A stretch of DNA of 64,000 bases, taken from Calditrichia bacterium. Its GTDB lineage: Bacteria > Calditrichota > Calditrichia > JAJRVZ01. Positions 52,701 through 62,251 of this stretch are shown piece after piece. The translations under genes were made by a program, and so were the position numbers. The notes below the pieces were generated by a model. That model made no database searches and was not told the DNA's origin. It worked only from the letters and a program-made list of their open reading frames with translations. The number at the start of each line of letters is the position of its first letter. Within the stretch, counting starts at the first letter, position 1. The stretch is taken from positions 32,001-96,000 of the forward strand of contig CAVZSQ010000018.1 of assembly GCA_963777955.1 (NCBI GenBank), given 5' to 3'.

Positions 52701-53990
52701 ATGAAGAAATATGAATATTTAAATATCCTGCTTTTGCTTGGGCTATTGATCAGCGCTGGTTCTGCCCAGGAGTGGGAAGTAATAGGTGATATGCCTCGGC
52801 CCGTTCATGGCGGACAGGCCCTGGTCTTGAATTCTTCGATCTATATTTTCGGGGGTTATTCAGACTCGCTGGGGATGCCGGTAAATTGGATTCAGGTCTA
52901 TGATCCGGTCACGGATCGATGGTCTCTGGCCGGCGAAATGTCAGTACCGCGTTATGGTTTTGTGGCCGGTCAGTTGAATGATAGTCTGGTGGTTTTCTGC
53001 GGTGGTGTCTGGTCCGATTCATCTGCCGAGCCCTATCTGGAACTGTGGAATTTTCACGACAGATCTCCTGACCTGGATGTGGGAGTTACACCTGATATAA
53101 ATTTTGACCGGGTTTACATGACCGGCCATATTTATAATAATAGTCTGTATCTGTTCGGTGGATTGATTGCACCGGCCTGGTCCGATACAACCCATTTACC
53201 CTATATAATTCGCTATGATATTTTCTCGGCGATACTTAATTCTACCAAAGGAGAATATTATAGAAATGTCATCCCGTTACCATATCATCATATGTCTGTG
53301 CAGATCGGTACGATGGTCTATTTAGTCGGTGGTGTCCATAATAATCTCTCGGATAAAATTCAGAAATACGACCTGGAATTGGATACTCTCGAATTGGCCG
53401 GAAATCTGAAGGGAGTATGTGCCGGAGGACAGGCGGTGACCGACAATAGTCAAATTTATATCATTGGCGGATATAACGAACAGAACGAAGCCCTCAACCG
53501 CTTAGAGTGTTTTAATCCGAATACCGGTACATCCTACTTTGGGCCCACGCTGAACTTTCCGCGCAAAGAAGGCATGGCCGTTATTTACGAGAATACTATT
53601 TATATCTTCGGCGGCAGAGGCCGGTATAATGCTGATTCACCCTCAATCGAAAAACTTGATCTCGGTGCTTTGACTTCATCCAACTGGTCTCAGGATCGCG
53701 GGCTCCGGCCGCACAAATATGCTCTGTATGAGAATTATCCCGATCCATTTAACTCTACTACCGTGATTTCATTTGATTTAGATGATAAAACTTATTTAAC
53801 TTTAGACATTTATTCCATCACCGGTCAGCATATTAAAACCCTGGCCGGTGGTGAATTTTCACAGGGTTTACACCACCTGACCTGGGACGGAACCGATAAT
53901 CTTAACAAAGACGTGGCCAGTAATGTCTACATCTATCAGTTGTGCAGTAAGCATTTCGTACAGGCGAAAAAAATGGTGTTACTCAGATAA
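52701..53990 (+). CDS. Secreted Kelch-repeat protein with C-terminal FlgD-Ig/T9SS-like domain
   Basis: Signal peptide; six IYIFGG-like Kelch motifs; NYPDPFNS...WDG...KKMVLLR. Confidence 0.85.
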   Translation: MKKYEYLNILLLLGLLISAGSAQEWEVIGDMPRPVHGGQALVLNSSIYIFGGYSDSLGMPVNWIQVYDPVTDRWSLAGEMSVPRYGFVAGQLNDSLVVFCGGVWSDSSAEPYLELWNFHDRSPDLDVGVTPDINFDRVYMTGHIYNNSLYLFGGLIAPAWSDTTHLPYIIRYDIFSAILNSTKGEYYRNVIPLPYHHMSVQIGTMVYLVGGVHNNLSDKIQKYDLELDTLELAGNLKGVCAGGQAVTDNSQIYIIGGYNEQNEALNRLECFNPNTGTSYFGPTLNFPRKEGMAVIYENTIYIFGGRGRYNADSPSIEKLDLGALTSSNWSQDRGLRPHKYALYENYPDPFNSTTVISFDLDDKTYLTLDIYSITGQHIKTLAGGEFSQGLHHLTWDGTDNLNKDVASNVYIYQLCSKHFVQAKKMVLLR

Positions 53991-53994
53991 GACT

Positions 53995-54822
53995 ATGCGT
54001 CTGTCCAATATACTCTTGTTTTTGCTTGGCGCGTTAATAATCCATTCGGTAGCGCAACCCCGGCAGAATTTCCTGGAACTTCTGCAGCAGAAATATATGA
54101 ATTTTGACTACCCCGCTGTGATCAACTCCGGAAATTTAATTCTGCGCACTGCCGATAACCTTACCCGTAGTGACTCACTCGAAATCTATCGCTTGCAGGG
54201 ATTGTCATATTATTCCATGGCGGATATGACCGGTGCGCTGCGCTGTTTTATTTCCATACTGCATTTTAATCCGGAGTATAAATTGCAGCCCCGGGATAAT
54301 CCACCCAAGGTAATCGATTTCTTTGAAGAAATACGCCTTAGCCTGCCAAAAACAGTTTCAGCGATACAGGAAAAAGAACCGGTTGCCGGGCTGGATCTTA
54401 CCGCTGGGGCAGTCCCCGCAGGATCTCATGCTGAATCCGCCGGACTGAGCAGATCAATCGGTTATTCGATCGTCTTGCCCGGGATCGGACACTTACAATA
54501 CGGCGAAAAAAGTAAAGGCTGGATACTGTTAGGTTCCAGCTTGTTGACACTGGGTTCCACTATCTATTTCACCATCGATACGAACCGCAAGGAAGATGAG
54601 TATTTATCTGCTTTAAGTAAAGATGAAATTGATGCAACATACAAAGATTATAATCAAGCATATAAAATCAGAAACACCTCCTTAATTCTATTCAGCACGA
54701 TCTGGCTCTATACCCAGCTGGATTTACTTTATTGGTCAAAACCTTACGAAAAGAAAATATCACTGACACCCCGATATGATCATTCCGGTCTTACTTGCCT
54801 GACCATGCAGATCTGCTTCTGA
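53995..54822 (+). CDS. Exported protein with TPR-like N-terminus and hydrophobic C-terminal module
   Basis: Signal peptide; YRLQGLSYY..A..CF..IL.FNPEY..PPKVIDFF; SIVLPGIGHLQYG..KGWILL. Confidence 0.6.
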   Translation: MRLSNILLFLLGALIIHSVAQPRQNFLELLQQKYMNFDYPAVINSGNLILRTADNLTRSDSLEIYRLQGLSYYSMADMTGALRCFISILHFNPEYKLQPRDNPPKVIDFFEEIRLSLPKTVSAIQEKEPVAGLDLTAGAVPAGSHAESAGLSRSIGYSIVLPGIGHLQYGEKSKGWILLGSSLLTLGSTIYFTIDTNRKEDEYLSALSKDEIDATYKDYNQAYKIRNTSLILFSTIWLYTQLDLLYWSKPYEKKISLTPRYDHSGLTCLTMQICF

Positions 54823-54839
54823 TCTATTCATAACCGCCG

Positions 54840-54872
54840 CGAAAGATTTTCCCATACCCCGAAAAATTTTCG
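54840..54872. promoter_or_regulatory. Candidate upstream activator sequence: two copies of a near-palindromic 13-mer
   Basis: CGAAAGATTTTCC (54840) and CGAAAAATTTTCG (54860), 20 bp apart, about 155-190 bp upstream of a sigma-54-like element. Confidence 0.45.
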
Positions 54873-55026
54873 TACTTTTTATCATAATAATTCATCCTAA
54901 AAATATATTTATGCATGAGTTAAAAATATTTTTCAGTGACCCACTCCCCTGGAAGCTCTTGATCCGCGGCTGCTATCAAGTATAGTGGTTTGATAACTGC
55001 TGATAAATTTATAAACATGACTTTTT

Positions 55027-55042
55027 TGGCACTGTAATTGAA
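55027..55042 (+). promoter_or_regulatory. Sigma-54-like -24/-12 element
   Basis: TGGCACTGTAATTGAA (GG-N10-GA), about 45 nt before ATG 55088. Confidence 0.55.
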
Positions 55043-55087
55043 GTATAAAAGTAAACAGGGCGATTCATAGAAATGCTGGGAGGCTTT

Positions 55088-57664
55088 ATGAGTACAAAGG
55101 TATACCATTTTATTATTTTGACTCTATTATTAATAAGTAGCCTTTCTGCCGCCGGATTGCAGGGGACAGTAAATGATCAGCTGGGTAGAAGTATAACCGG
55201 AACACAGGTATCAGCCTGTGGATATGATGCCAGCGGTGATTCTATCTTTTATAATACAATGTCAGGATTCGAAGGCGAGTTCAGTTTCAGTAATATGAAA
55301 GCTGGTACTTATTATCTGAGTTGTACTCATGCAGGGTATCTTCCGTACCGAACCGAACCTTTCACTTTGGTGGAAACCACCACGCTGTTCATGAATATTA
55401 CGCTGCAAAGAACGGATCTTGATTGTGTCAATTCGATTTCAGGGCATGTTTACAGCGCCCCTCCGTTATTGCCGGCGTTTATCCCTCTGGCGGATGCGGA
55501 TGTCTTCTTAGTCAACAACATCTGGTCATATCATACCCGCAGTACTCAGGATGGCCTGTATGAATTTAAAAACATACAACCCGGGATCTATTACCTGTCT
55601 GCCGAGGCCTTTGGTCATGTTCCGCAAACCAATATCGATACAATTGAGGTTGTTGAGGGCAGTGATATTGCCGGCCAGGATATTTACCTGGTACCTGTCG
55701 ATCCCGCGGAACTGGTCAAGTTATCCGGGCAGGTGTGGTCGGCAGCGATTACGGATCAGAATATTCCTCGACCGGTTTATCCGGCTTACATAACCTTGAT
55801 GCCCGGTAGAATTTATATTCTGAATGAGGATTCCTCCGGGATCGTTGCCCCGGATACAGTATATCCCTTAATCACAGTAATGAATAATCCCGATGGCAGT
55901 TATGAAATTCCCGGAATTCCCAAAGGGTACTATAATGTCAGTTGCAGGGCCAGGGGGTATGAAAGCGAATATGTTTTTTTACTCGACCTCACTAGCGGTG
56001 ACGTTGTTCAGGATTTTTATCTAAATCCTGTTACCATTCCGCCTGTCGGTCATATAACCGGCAAGGTATATTTTGACAATATCGGTTCACCAGTGACTTC
56101 GGCTTATATAAGTTTCTTTACTATTGACGGCGGAGGTTTGCCGATTATTCTCAGTGACAGCAGTAACACTCCCGGAAGTCCCAGGCCGTTTGGTGTATAT
56201 ACGGATAGTACAGGTGAATATATCGCCTCGCTGCCGCCTGGTAAATATTATATCTCCTGCGAATATGATTATATGTTCGATTGTTCCAGTGCGTATTGTA
56301 TCGGTTACCCGGTTTACCATGAATTTTATGATGATGTCCACAGACTTGCCGATGCTACGCCGGTAACAGTTCTGGCTGAACAAACGACCCCTGAAATTAA
56401 TTTCGGAATTCCCTTTGCACCAGTCGTACCCATGGTCACTGTAACCGGACGAGTTACCGACGATCACAACACCCCTCTGGAAGGAGCGTTGGTGAGGGTC
56501 TGGCAAATTGATGTTCCGGTAATGATTGCCAATTCTAATTGCCGGATATATACGGGTTATACGGATGAAGACGGCTATTATAAGATAAATTTCAAATTGC
56601 AGGAATTTATTCCGGATCCAACCCTGACCCCATTCCCAGTATACGGTTTCATGGTATCAGCTGAAAAATCCGGATACCAGACTGAATTTTACCAGGAAAA
56701 ATCAGAACCCTATCTTGCGGATAAATTGATTGCTTTTGGTGATACGGTGTTCAGTAAAATTGATTTTACTCTGGAGCCCCGCCTGGGGACCAACTCCATC
56801 AGCGGAGTAATACAGTCTGCTGCCGGCGAAGCACTATCTGACGTATTTGTGATCGCTGCCAGAAGAAGTACAGGCGAAATTGTTTTCACTTTCAGCGACA
56901 ATTTTGGCCGCTATACTCTGGGTAACCTGAAAGAAGACTACTATTATATACTCTTTGCCGCCCGTCATTATATTCCCGAGTTTTATGATAATGTCTATTT
57001 CTGGGAAGAAGTTACTCCGGTTCTGGCTGCGGGTGCAGTCAGTGGAATTGATGCCAGTTTGACTCCGCTGTGGCGGCATTTCAATTGGGGCATGCTGACC
57101 GGAATAATCAGGGATGAGAATGGCCAGCCCCTGGACGGCGCTATGGTGATGATTAAGAACCAGTCCGGCGAGGTAATGAACTATGGACTTTCCGATGGCA
57201 GCGGTAGTTATCAGATTCAGGGCCTGCCGGACGGCCGGAATCAGATTTGCGTCAGCAAGGTAAATTATTCCGGTAATACAACCTGGTTTGATTTTGATGC
57301 CAGTGATTTTGAAGTGCTGTTGCTGAATTTTACGCTGAACTGGAATCCAGCTGAGATTCCGGATGATCCGGCCGAAGGAGTTCCCACCCGGATCGAATTA
57401 ATGGCCAATTATCCGAATCCGTTTAATCCCCAGACGCACATTCAATTCGGATTACCGGCGGCACAGCAGGTAAGTTTGGAAGTTTATGACATACTGGGCA
57501 GACAGGTTGCACAATTGCTGAATGCAAACCTGGCAGCCGGTGTTCATACCGTGATATGGAATGGAACGGATCATACGGGTCGATCCGTTTCCAGTGGCAT
57601 ATATTTCTATGCCTTACAAGGCGATGGATTTAGGTTGGTGAAGAAAATGCTTTTAAATCGCTAG
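55088..57664 (+). CDS. Large secreted protein with tandem carboxypeptidase-regulatory-like beta-sandwich domains and C-terminal FlgD-Ig/T9SS-like domain
   Basis: Signal peptide; about 7 repeats of (I/L)SG.V...PL..A.V...T...G.Y....L..G.Y; NYPNPFNP...WNG...KKMLLNR; GGAGG RBS. Confidence 0.85.
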   Translation: MSTKVYHFIILTLLLISSLSAAGLQGTVNDQLGRSITGTQVSACGYDASGDSIFYNTMSGFEGEFSFSNMKAGTYYLSCTHAGYLPYRTEPFTLVETTTLFMNITLQRTDLDCVNSISGHVYSAPPLLPAFIPLADADVFLVNNIWSYHTRSTQDGLYEFKNIQPGIYYLSAEAFGHVPQTNIDTIEVVEGSDIAGQDIYLVPVDPAELVKLSGQVWSAAITDQNIPRPVYPAYITLMPGRIYILNEDSSGIVAPDTVYPLITVMNNPDGSYEIPGIPKGYYNVSCRARGYESEYVFLLDLTSGDVVQDFYLNPVTIPPVGHITGKVYFDNIGSPVTSAYISFFTIDGGGLPIILSDSSNTPGSPRPFGVYTDSTGEYIASLPPGKYYISCEYDYMFDCSSAYCIGYPVYHEFYDDVHRLADATPVTVLAEQTTPEINFGIPFAPVVPMVTVTGRVTDDHNTPLEGALVRVWQIDVPVMIANSNCRIYTGYTDEDGYYKINFKLQEFIPDPTLTPFPVYGFMVSAEKSGYQTEFYQEKSEPYLADKLIAFGDTVFSKIDFTLEPRLGTNSISGVIQSAAGEALSDVFVIAARRSTGEIVFTFSDNFGRYTLGNLKEDYYYILFAARHYIPEFYDNVYFWEEVTPVLAAGAVSGIDASLTPLWRHFNWGMLTGIIRDENGQPLDGAMVMIKNQSGEVMNYGLSDGSGSYQIQGLPDGRNQICVSKVNYSGNTTWFDFDASDFEVLLLNFTLNWNPAEIPDDPAEGVPTRIELMANYPNPFNPQTHIQFGLPAAQQVSLEVYDILGRQVAQLLNANLAAGVHTVIWNGTDHTGRSVSSGIYFYALQGDGFRLVKKMLLNR

Positions 57665-57676
57665 GGCATGGATTCT

Positions 57677-57712
57677 CGAGGGCAAGATCCAGACGCTTGC
57701 CCTCGGTTTTTT
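57677..57712 (+). terminator. Intrinsic terminator
   Basis: CGAGGGCAAG stem, loop, CTTGCCCTCG, then GTTTTTT. Confidence 0.85.
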
Positions 57713-57963
57713 AATGTCGCAGCAGGAGTAACAGGGTAGATGTCGACTTAATATGTAAAATAGAAAACCTTCTAATCAATCCCTCCTAAATTAAGGTCAG
57801 CTACAGGGGCAATTTTTTTACTTGCCCCTGTTTCATTTTATAGCGTGTTCAGTATTTTTCCATGGTCAATATTCGGGAACAGCTTATCTTATGTCTTGGT
57901 TTAATAATTATTGATTTATAAATTGATGGTATGGATGAAATTAGCATGACCAGGGTAAAGTAA

Positions 57964-60900
57964 ATGTTTAAAAAAATCCTGCTGGGCATACTGATCTTAA
58001 TCGTGATTTCTGTGCTGCTGATAGTAATTCTATATTGGCGTACCAATATAATTTCTGATCTGGCCAGGAATATTATTAATGATAATTTAAATAGCGTTGC
58101 CACGATCAATTATTCTTCGCTCGAGGGGAATATTTTCCAGACAATTGTTCTGAATGATCTTACGGTCACTTTAAAAAACGGCACCACCATATCCAGTAAT
58201 TCATTAAAAATCCGTTATAGTTTAATCCCGGTTCTTTCCGGTAAATATTTTTTTAAATCAATTGTTTTTGATTCGTTGCAGGTCAAGTTTGCCGCTGCCG
58301 GCGGTCAGGTCCGGACTGGCGTCCGGAGCGATACTTCCCGTGCGGTTAAAACCTACGATGACTTTATCGCGGATTTTGCCAGCGCTGCCGATCTGGATAG
58401 TCTCTTCCTGCTGATACCCTCTGTTCACATCGGGATGCTGAAAATACTGCATGGTAATCTGGACCTGCCGCAACAGGGGATTGCGCTGGATAGTCTGACT
58501 TTGGAAATTTCAGCTGATCTCAATGCGGAAGCTTTTGAGTTCCGGATTTTCCGGTTTACCGGCAGATGGCCGGAACTTGAATTCCGCTGGAATAATCTGA
58601 GTTGTGAATTTTCCGCCCGCCATGACCGCATCACCATGAATAAACTGCAGTTGACCACACCTTACTCCCATGCCTCCGGCAGTATGGATGTTACAGTGAC
58701 CGACACCCTGGCGGTTATTCTGGGTCTGGAAGAGGTATATCTGGATTACCGTGATATCAATTCCTTCCTGAATAAACAGAGTCTGGATTCCGGCTATGCA
58801 GAATTTTCCTTTCAAATTGTCGGTTCACCCCGGCATTTTACCGGCACACTATCCGCAGTCGGCAAGGCCAATTCCTATTTTCTGGATTCATTTCTGCTGA
58901 CCGGTAAATACAGCGATGGTGAAATCAATATTGCCAGAAGTAAGCTGGTGGCCAACCGCAGTACCCTGGAATTCGCTGCGGCCCTGCGCAGCCGGCACAG
59001 TTTTCTCAGTTTGACCTTCAATCATTTCGATATTAAAAACTTTTTACCGGATAAGTTCCATACCGATCTCAGTGGAACGCTGCGGCTGGAACTGCAGAAA
59101 TTAAATTTAAACCGGCTGACCGGTTTTGCGGAGATCCTGTTATTTAATTCGGTAATCGACTCGGTTGCTTTTGATTCACTCCATTTGGCTGTTCGTGCCG
59201 AGGAAAATAATTTTACTCTTCTGGAAAATTCTTTTTTACAGGTAGGTCCTGCCTCGCGATTTACCGTTTTAGGCACTTTGAATCGGGAAAAAATTCTGGA
59301 TCTCAATCTGTTGTCTGAAAGCAATTCTATCAACTCCCTGACCAGGGCACTGGGTTTAACAGGTTTCAGCGGACAGTTCGATGCCAATATTTATATCCGC
59401 GGAGATTTAATTAATCCTGATCTGGAAGCATATTTATGGGTACCGAGATTTACCTATGGTAACTGGAGGATCGATACTCTGATCATGGAAACTAATATCG
59501 ATCATTTGATTCAACAACGTACAGGGAGCGCCAGGCTTTCTGCCAATCGAATCCAATCCAATTACCTGGAATTTACCGAGACCAGAGCGGATTTGATTTT
59601 TCAGGGCAGACAGATCTTGTTGGATACCCTGTTGTTTGCCAAGGGAGAAAACCGCTTAAGCACTTCCGGTGTTTTCAATTTTGAATCCGATACTCTTCAA
59701 TTCCGCTTTGATTTCTTCAGGATCTTTTATGAAAACTACTGGATTGAGAATTCCGGTCCGTTGCTATTTTCTTATAACAAAAGTGATTTCTACATTGACC
59801 GGGCTGTTTTTTCTGCTCCTGATAGTGGCGAAATTGAATTGCGGGGATTTTATGAGCAGTCTGCAGCAGACCTGCAGATCGGATTATATGTTGAAAATAT
59901 TCAGGTTCAACCCTTCCGGCAGTTTTTCAAAACGGATGTAACCTTCAGCGGTGTACTGGCCGGAGATTTTCAGATTATCCGACCGCTGGACGATCCACAC
60001 CTGGATATATCTCTGCAGGGTAAAGATCTGAAAATCAACCGTCTGCCCATCGGTGACATCAGCAGTACTTTCAGATACGAAAACGATAAAATTTCTATCG
60101 ATGAATTTAAAATAGTTCAAGAAGGTTCGGATATTGAAATGCAAGGTGATATCGCCTTGCGCATGAATACTGCAGACTCAGCGGCCCAGACCGATCTGCT
60201 GAATGAAAGCCAGGCCAATCTGACAATTCAATGTCATAATTGGGCCCTGGAACCATACACAAAATTTTTTAAATTAGCGCGGCCGCTCACAGGCTGGGTA
60301 TCCGGTAACTGGAATATTACCGGAAGTCTCAAAAATCCCAGTGGGGATTTATCCCTGACGGCCCGCAATTTTAATTATAATAAATTCAGTTGTGATGAGA
60401 TGCTGCTGCAGGCGGATTTTACGCCGGAATTAATAACGCTGAATACCCTGAAATTCGATTTAAACGGTACTTCGGTTGAAGGGGATGGATGGCAACAGAT
60501 CGCACTGGACTTTACGGAGCTGGATACTCTGATCGGACAACGTCCTTTTTTATTGAATCTGCGCAGCCACGATGATCGCCTGGAGTTTATCGGTCTGTTA
60601 AATGAACAGCTTGAAGGTCTCGCGGGTGAATTTGATGCTGAATTCACCATTACCGGTACATTATTAAAACCGTACCTCTACGATGGTTTCTTCAGGATGG
60701 AGAACGGCAGACTGGGCCTGTCCCGCATAAAAAATCCTATCACCAATGTAACCATTGATGCCAGTGTGAAGAATTCCCTGATGACCATCAAATCGTTCAG
60801 TGGATATTCTGAAAAGCATAAAGATTTTTGGGAAAGAATATACGGTTATTCCAGAAAAGGTTTAAGCCTGCTCGGTGTGAAATACCGTCCGGCAGGAATA

Positions 60901-61986
60901 CTTACCGGCAGGGGAACCCTGCTGTTTGACAATCTGCTGCATCCGAAACTTGATCTGAGCATGAATCTGTCCCGGTTTAATGTTGACTATTTTATCGAGA
61001 ATACCAACCTGACCCTCAGTTCGAATAATGTTCATATCAGCGGACGCGACACTATCTTTGTCAGCGGCGATATCCTGAACGAGGAAGGGGTATACCTGGT
61101 CGATATGGAAAAACTGCAAAAGAATATTTATTTAGTAACGCCCACCCGCAAACCGGAACGTTGTTTGAGTTGGAACCTGAATATTACCATGCCCGGGAAT
61201 TTCATCATCCGTAATTCCAAACTCACCTTCGTCAATGATTTTGAATTGGAAATTGCCGGAGAACTCCGTTCCATCCAGGAGCCGCTGGCACCCTCCATGG
61301 AATTATCCGGTCATCTGGAAACCCTGTCCGGGAAATACACAGCCTGGGGTCAGAATTTTGTGATTCGTAACGGAACAATAAGTTTTACTAATCCCAAAGT
61401 GATCAATCCGGAATTTGACATTCGCGCTGAAAAATTAAGTCGGGGTTATACCTATGAATTGTCCATCACCGGTAACCTGGAAAAGCAGAATCTGGATCTG
61501 CAGGTCAAAGATGAACAGGGCAATTATCTTAATTATACTATGGCCGATAAAATTGCTTTACTCAGTTTGGGCAGCACCACCCGTGGATTATCAGCAGGGG
61601 ATATGGCCAGTGTCGGCAAAGATGTCTTCAGTACGTCTGTCGAATCCGCTCTGGGACGCGGTGCTGAAATGGTAACCGGGCTGGATAAAGTGGAAGTATC
61701 CCTCGACGGGAATAGCACCGATCCGCAGGCCTCTAAATTGAACCAGGGGATGAAAAATGCTTCGTTTGCCGTGGGAAAATATTTTACCAGTAATTTGTAC
61801 CTGGAATATCAGAGTGAATTCGGACAGGGATTGATCCCGGCACCCAAGTTATCATGGGAACCGGGGAACCGGATTGGCTTGACCTACCGGATCGCCAATA
61901 AATGGTCAATCGATAGTCAATATGCCCAGACCCTGCGGGGAAGTGATCAGATCAAGATTTCATTGTCATGGAAAACGACATTTTAA
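57964..61986 (+). CDS. tamB: Translocation/assembly module TamB (AsmA-like) protein
   Basis: 1340 aa, N-terminal TM anchor, beta-rich; C-terminal G.Y...GQ.F.IRNGTI.F...NPEFDIRA and VGKYFTSNLYLEY; followed by an Omp85 gene. Confidence 0.82.
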   Translation: MFKKILLGILILIVISVLLIVILYWRTNIISDLARNIINDNLNSVATINYSSLEGNIFQTIVLNDLTVTLKNGTTISSNSLKIRYSLIPVLSGKYFFKSIVFDSLQVKFAAAGGQVRTGVRSDTSRAVKTYDDFIADFASAADLDSLFLLIPSVHIGMLKILHGNLDLPQQGIALDSLTLEISADLNAEAFEFRIFRFTGRWPELEFRWNNLSCEFSARHDRITMNKLQLTTPYSHASGSMDVTVTDTLAVILGLEEVYLDYRDINSFLNKQSLDSGYAEFSFQIVGSPRHFTGTLSAVGKANSYFLDSFLLTGKYSDGEINIARSKLVANRSTLEFAAALRSRHSFLSLTFNHFDIKNFLPDKFHTDLSGTLRLELQKLNLNRLTGFAEILLFNSVIDSVAFDSLHLAVRAEENNFTLLENSFLQVGPASRFTVLGTLNREKILDLNLLSESNSINSLTRALGLTGFSGQFDANIYIRGDLINPDLEAYLWVPRFTYGNWRIDTLIMETNIDHLIQQRTGSARLSANRIQSNYLEFTETRADLIFQGRQILLDTLLFAKGENRLSTSGVFNFESDTLQFRFDFFRIFYENYWIENSGPLLFSYNKSDFYIDRAVFSAPDSGEIELRGFYEQSAADLQIGLYVENIQVQPFRQFFKTDVTFSGVLAGDFQIIRPLDDPHLDISLQGKDLKINRLPIGDISSTFRYENDKISIDEFKIVQEGSDIEMQGDIALRMNTADSAAQTDLLNESQANLTIQCHNWALEPYTKFFKLARPLTGWVSGNWNITGSLKNPSGDLSLTARNFNYNKFSCDEMLLQADFTPELITLNTLKFDLNGTSVEGDGWQQIALDFTELDTLIGQRPFLLNLRSHDDRLEFIGLLNEQLEGLAGEFDAEFTITGTLLKPYLYDGFFRMENGRLGLSRIKNPITNVTIDASVKNSLMTIKSFSGYSEKHKDFWERIYGYSRKGLSLLGVKYRPAGILTGRGTLLFDNLLHPKLDLSMNLSRFNVDYFIENTNLTLSSNNVHISGRDTIFVSGDILNEEGVYLVDMEKLQKNIYLVTPTRKPERCLSWNLNITMPGNFIIRNSKLTFVNDFELEIAGELRSIQEPLAPSMELSGHLETLSGKYTAWGQNFVIRNGTISFTNPKVINPEFDIRAEKLSRGYTYELSITGNLEKQNLDLQVKDEQGNYLNYTMADKIALLSLGSTTRGLSAGDMASVGKDVFSTSVESALGRGAEMVTGLDKVEVSLDGNSTDPQASKLNQGMKNASFAVGKYFTSNLYLEYQSEFGQGLIPAPKLSWEPGNRIGLTYRIANKWSIDSQYAQTLRGSDQIKISLSWKTTF

Positions 61987-61988
61987 AT

Positions 61989-62040
61989 AAAGGGACAAAG
62001 GGACAAAGAGACAAAGAGACAGCAAAGAGACAAAGATATA
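61989..62040. repeat. Octamer tandem array (AGGGACAA/AGAGACAA)
   Basis: About 6 units directly after the tamB stop codon. Confidence 0.85.
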
Positions 62041-62071
62041 GTACCTTGATACTTGATGAATAATTAAGTAC

Positions 62072-62196
62072 TGTCATCCCGGGCATGTCGAAGACAGGAC
62101 CCGGGATCTGAATTGCCTTCGAGTTTGGATGATCTGAGGGTAGCGAGAATCCCCTCTGGAGAGGGGTGGCCCCGCCTGAGGCGGGGACGGGGTGTG
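62072..62196. repeat. REP-like palindromes
   Basis: tgtcatcccgggc-atgtcgaagacag-gacccgggatc (62072-62108, related to 24825-24850); cccctctggagagggg (62151-62166); ccccgcctgaggcgggg (62170-62186). Confidence 0.65.
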
Positions 62197-62251
62197 TGGT
62201 AATACTGTAAATGACAAATATCATTAAATTACTCTGCTGGGACTAATTGAA

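Noticed and set aside
57803..57831. Hairpin ACAGGGGCAA...TTGCCCCTGT upstream of tamB as an ncRNA
   Set aside because: A single stem only; could be a second terminator or REP remnant, not enough to call
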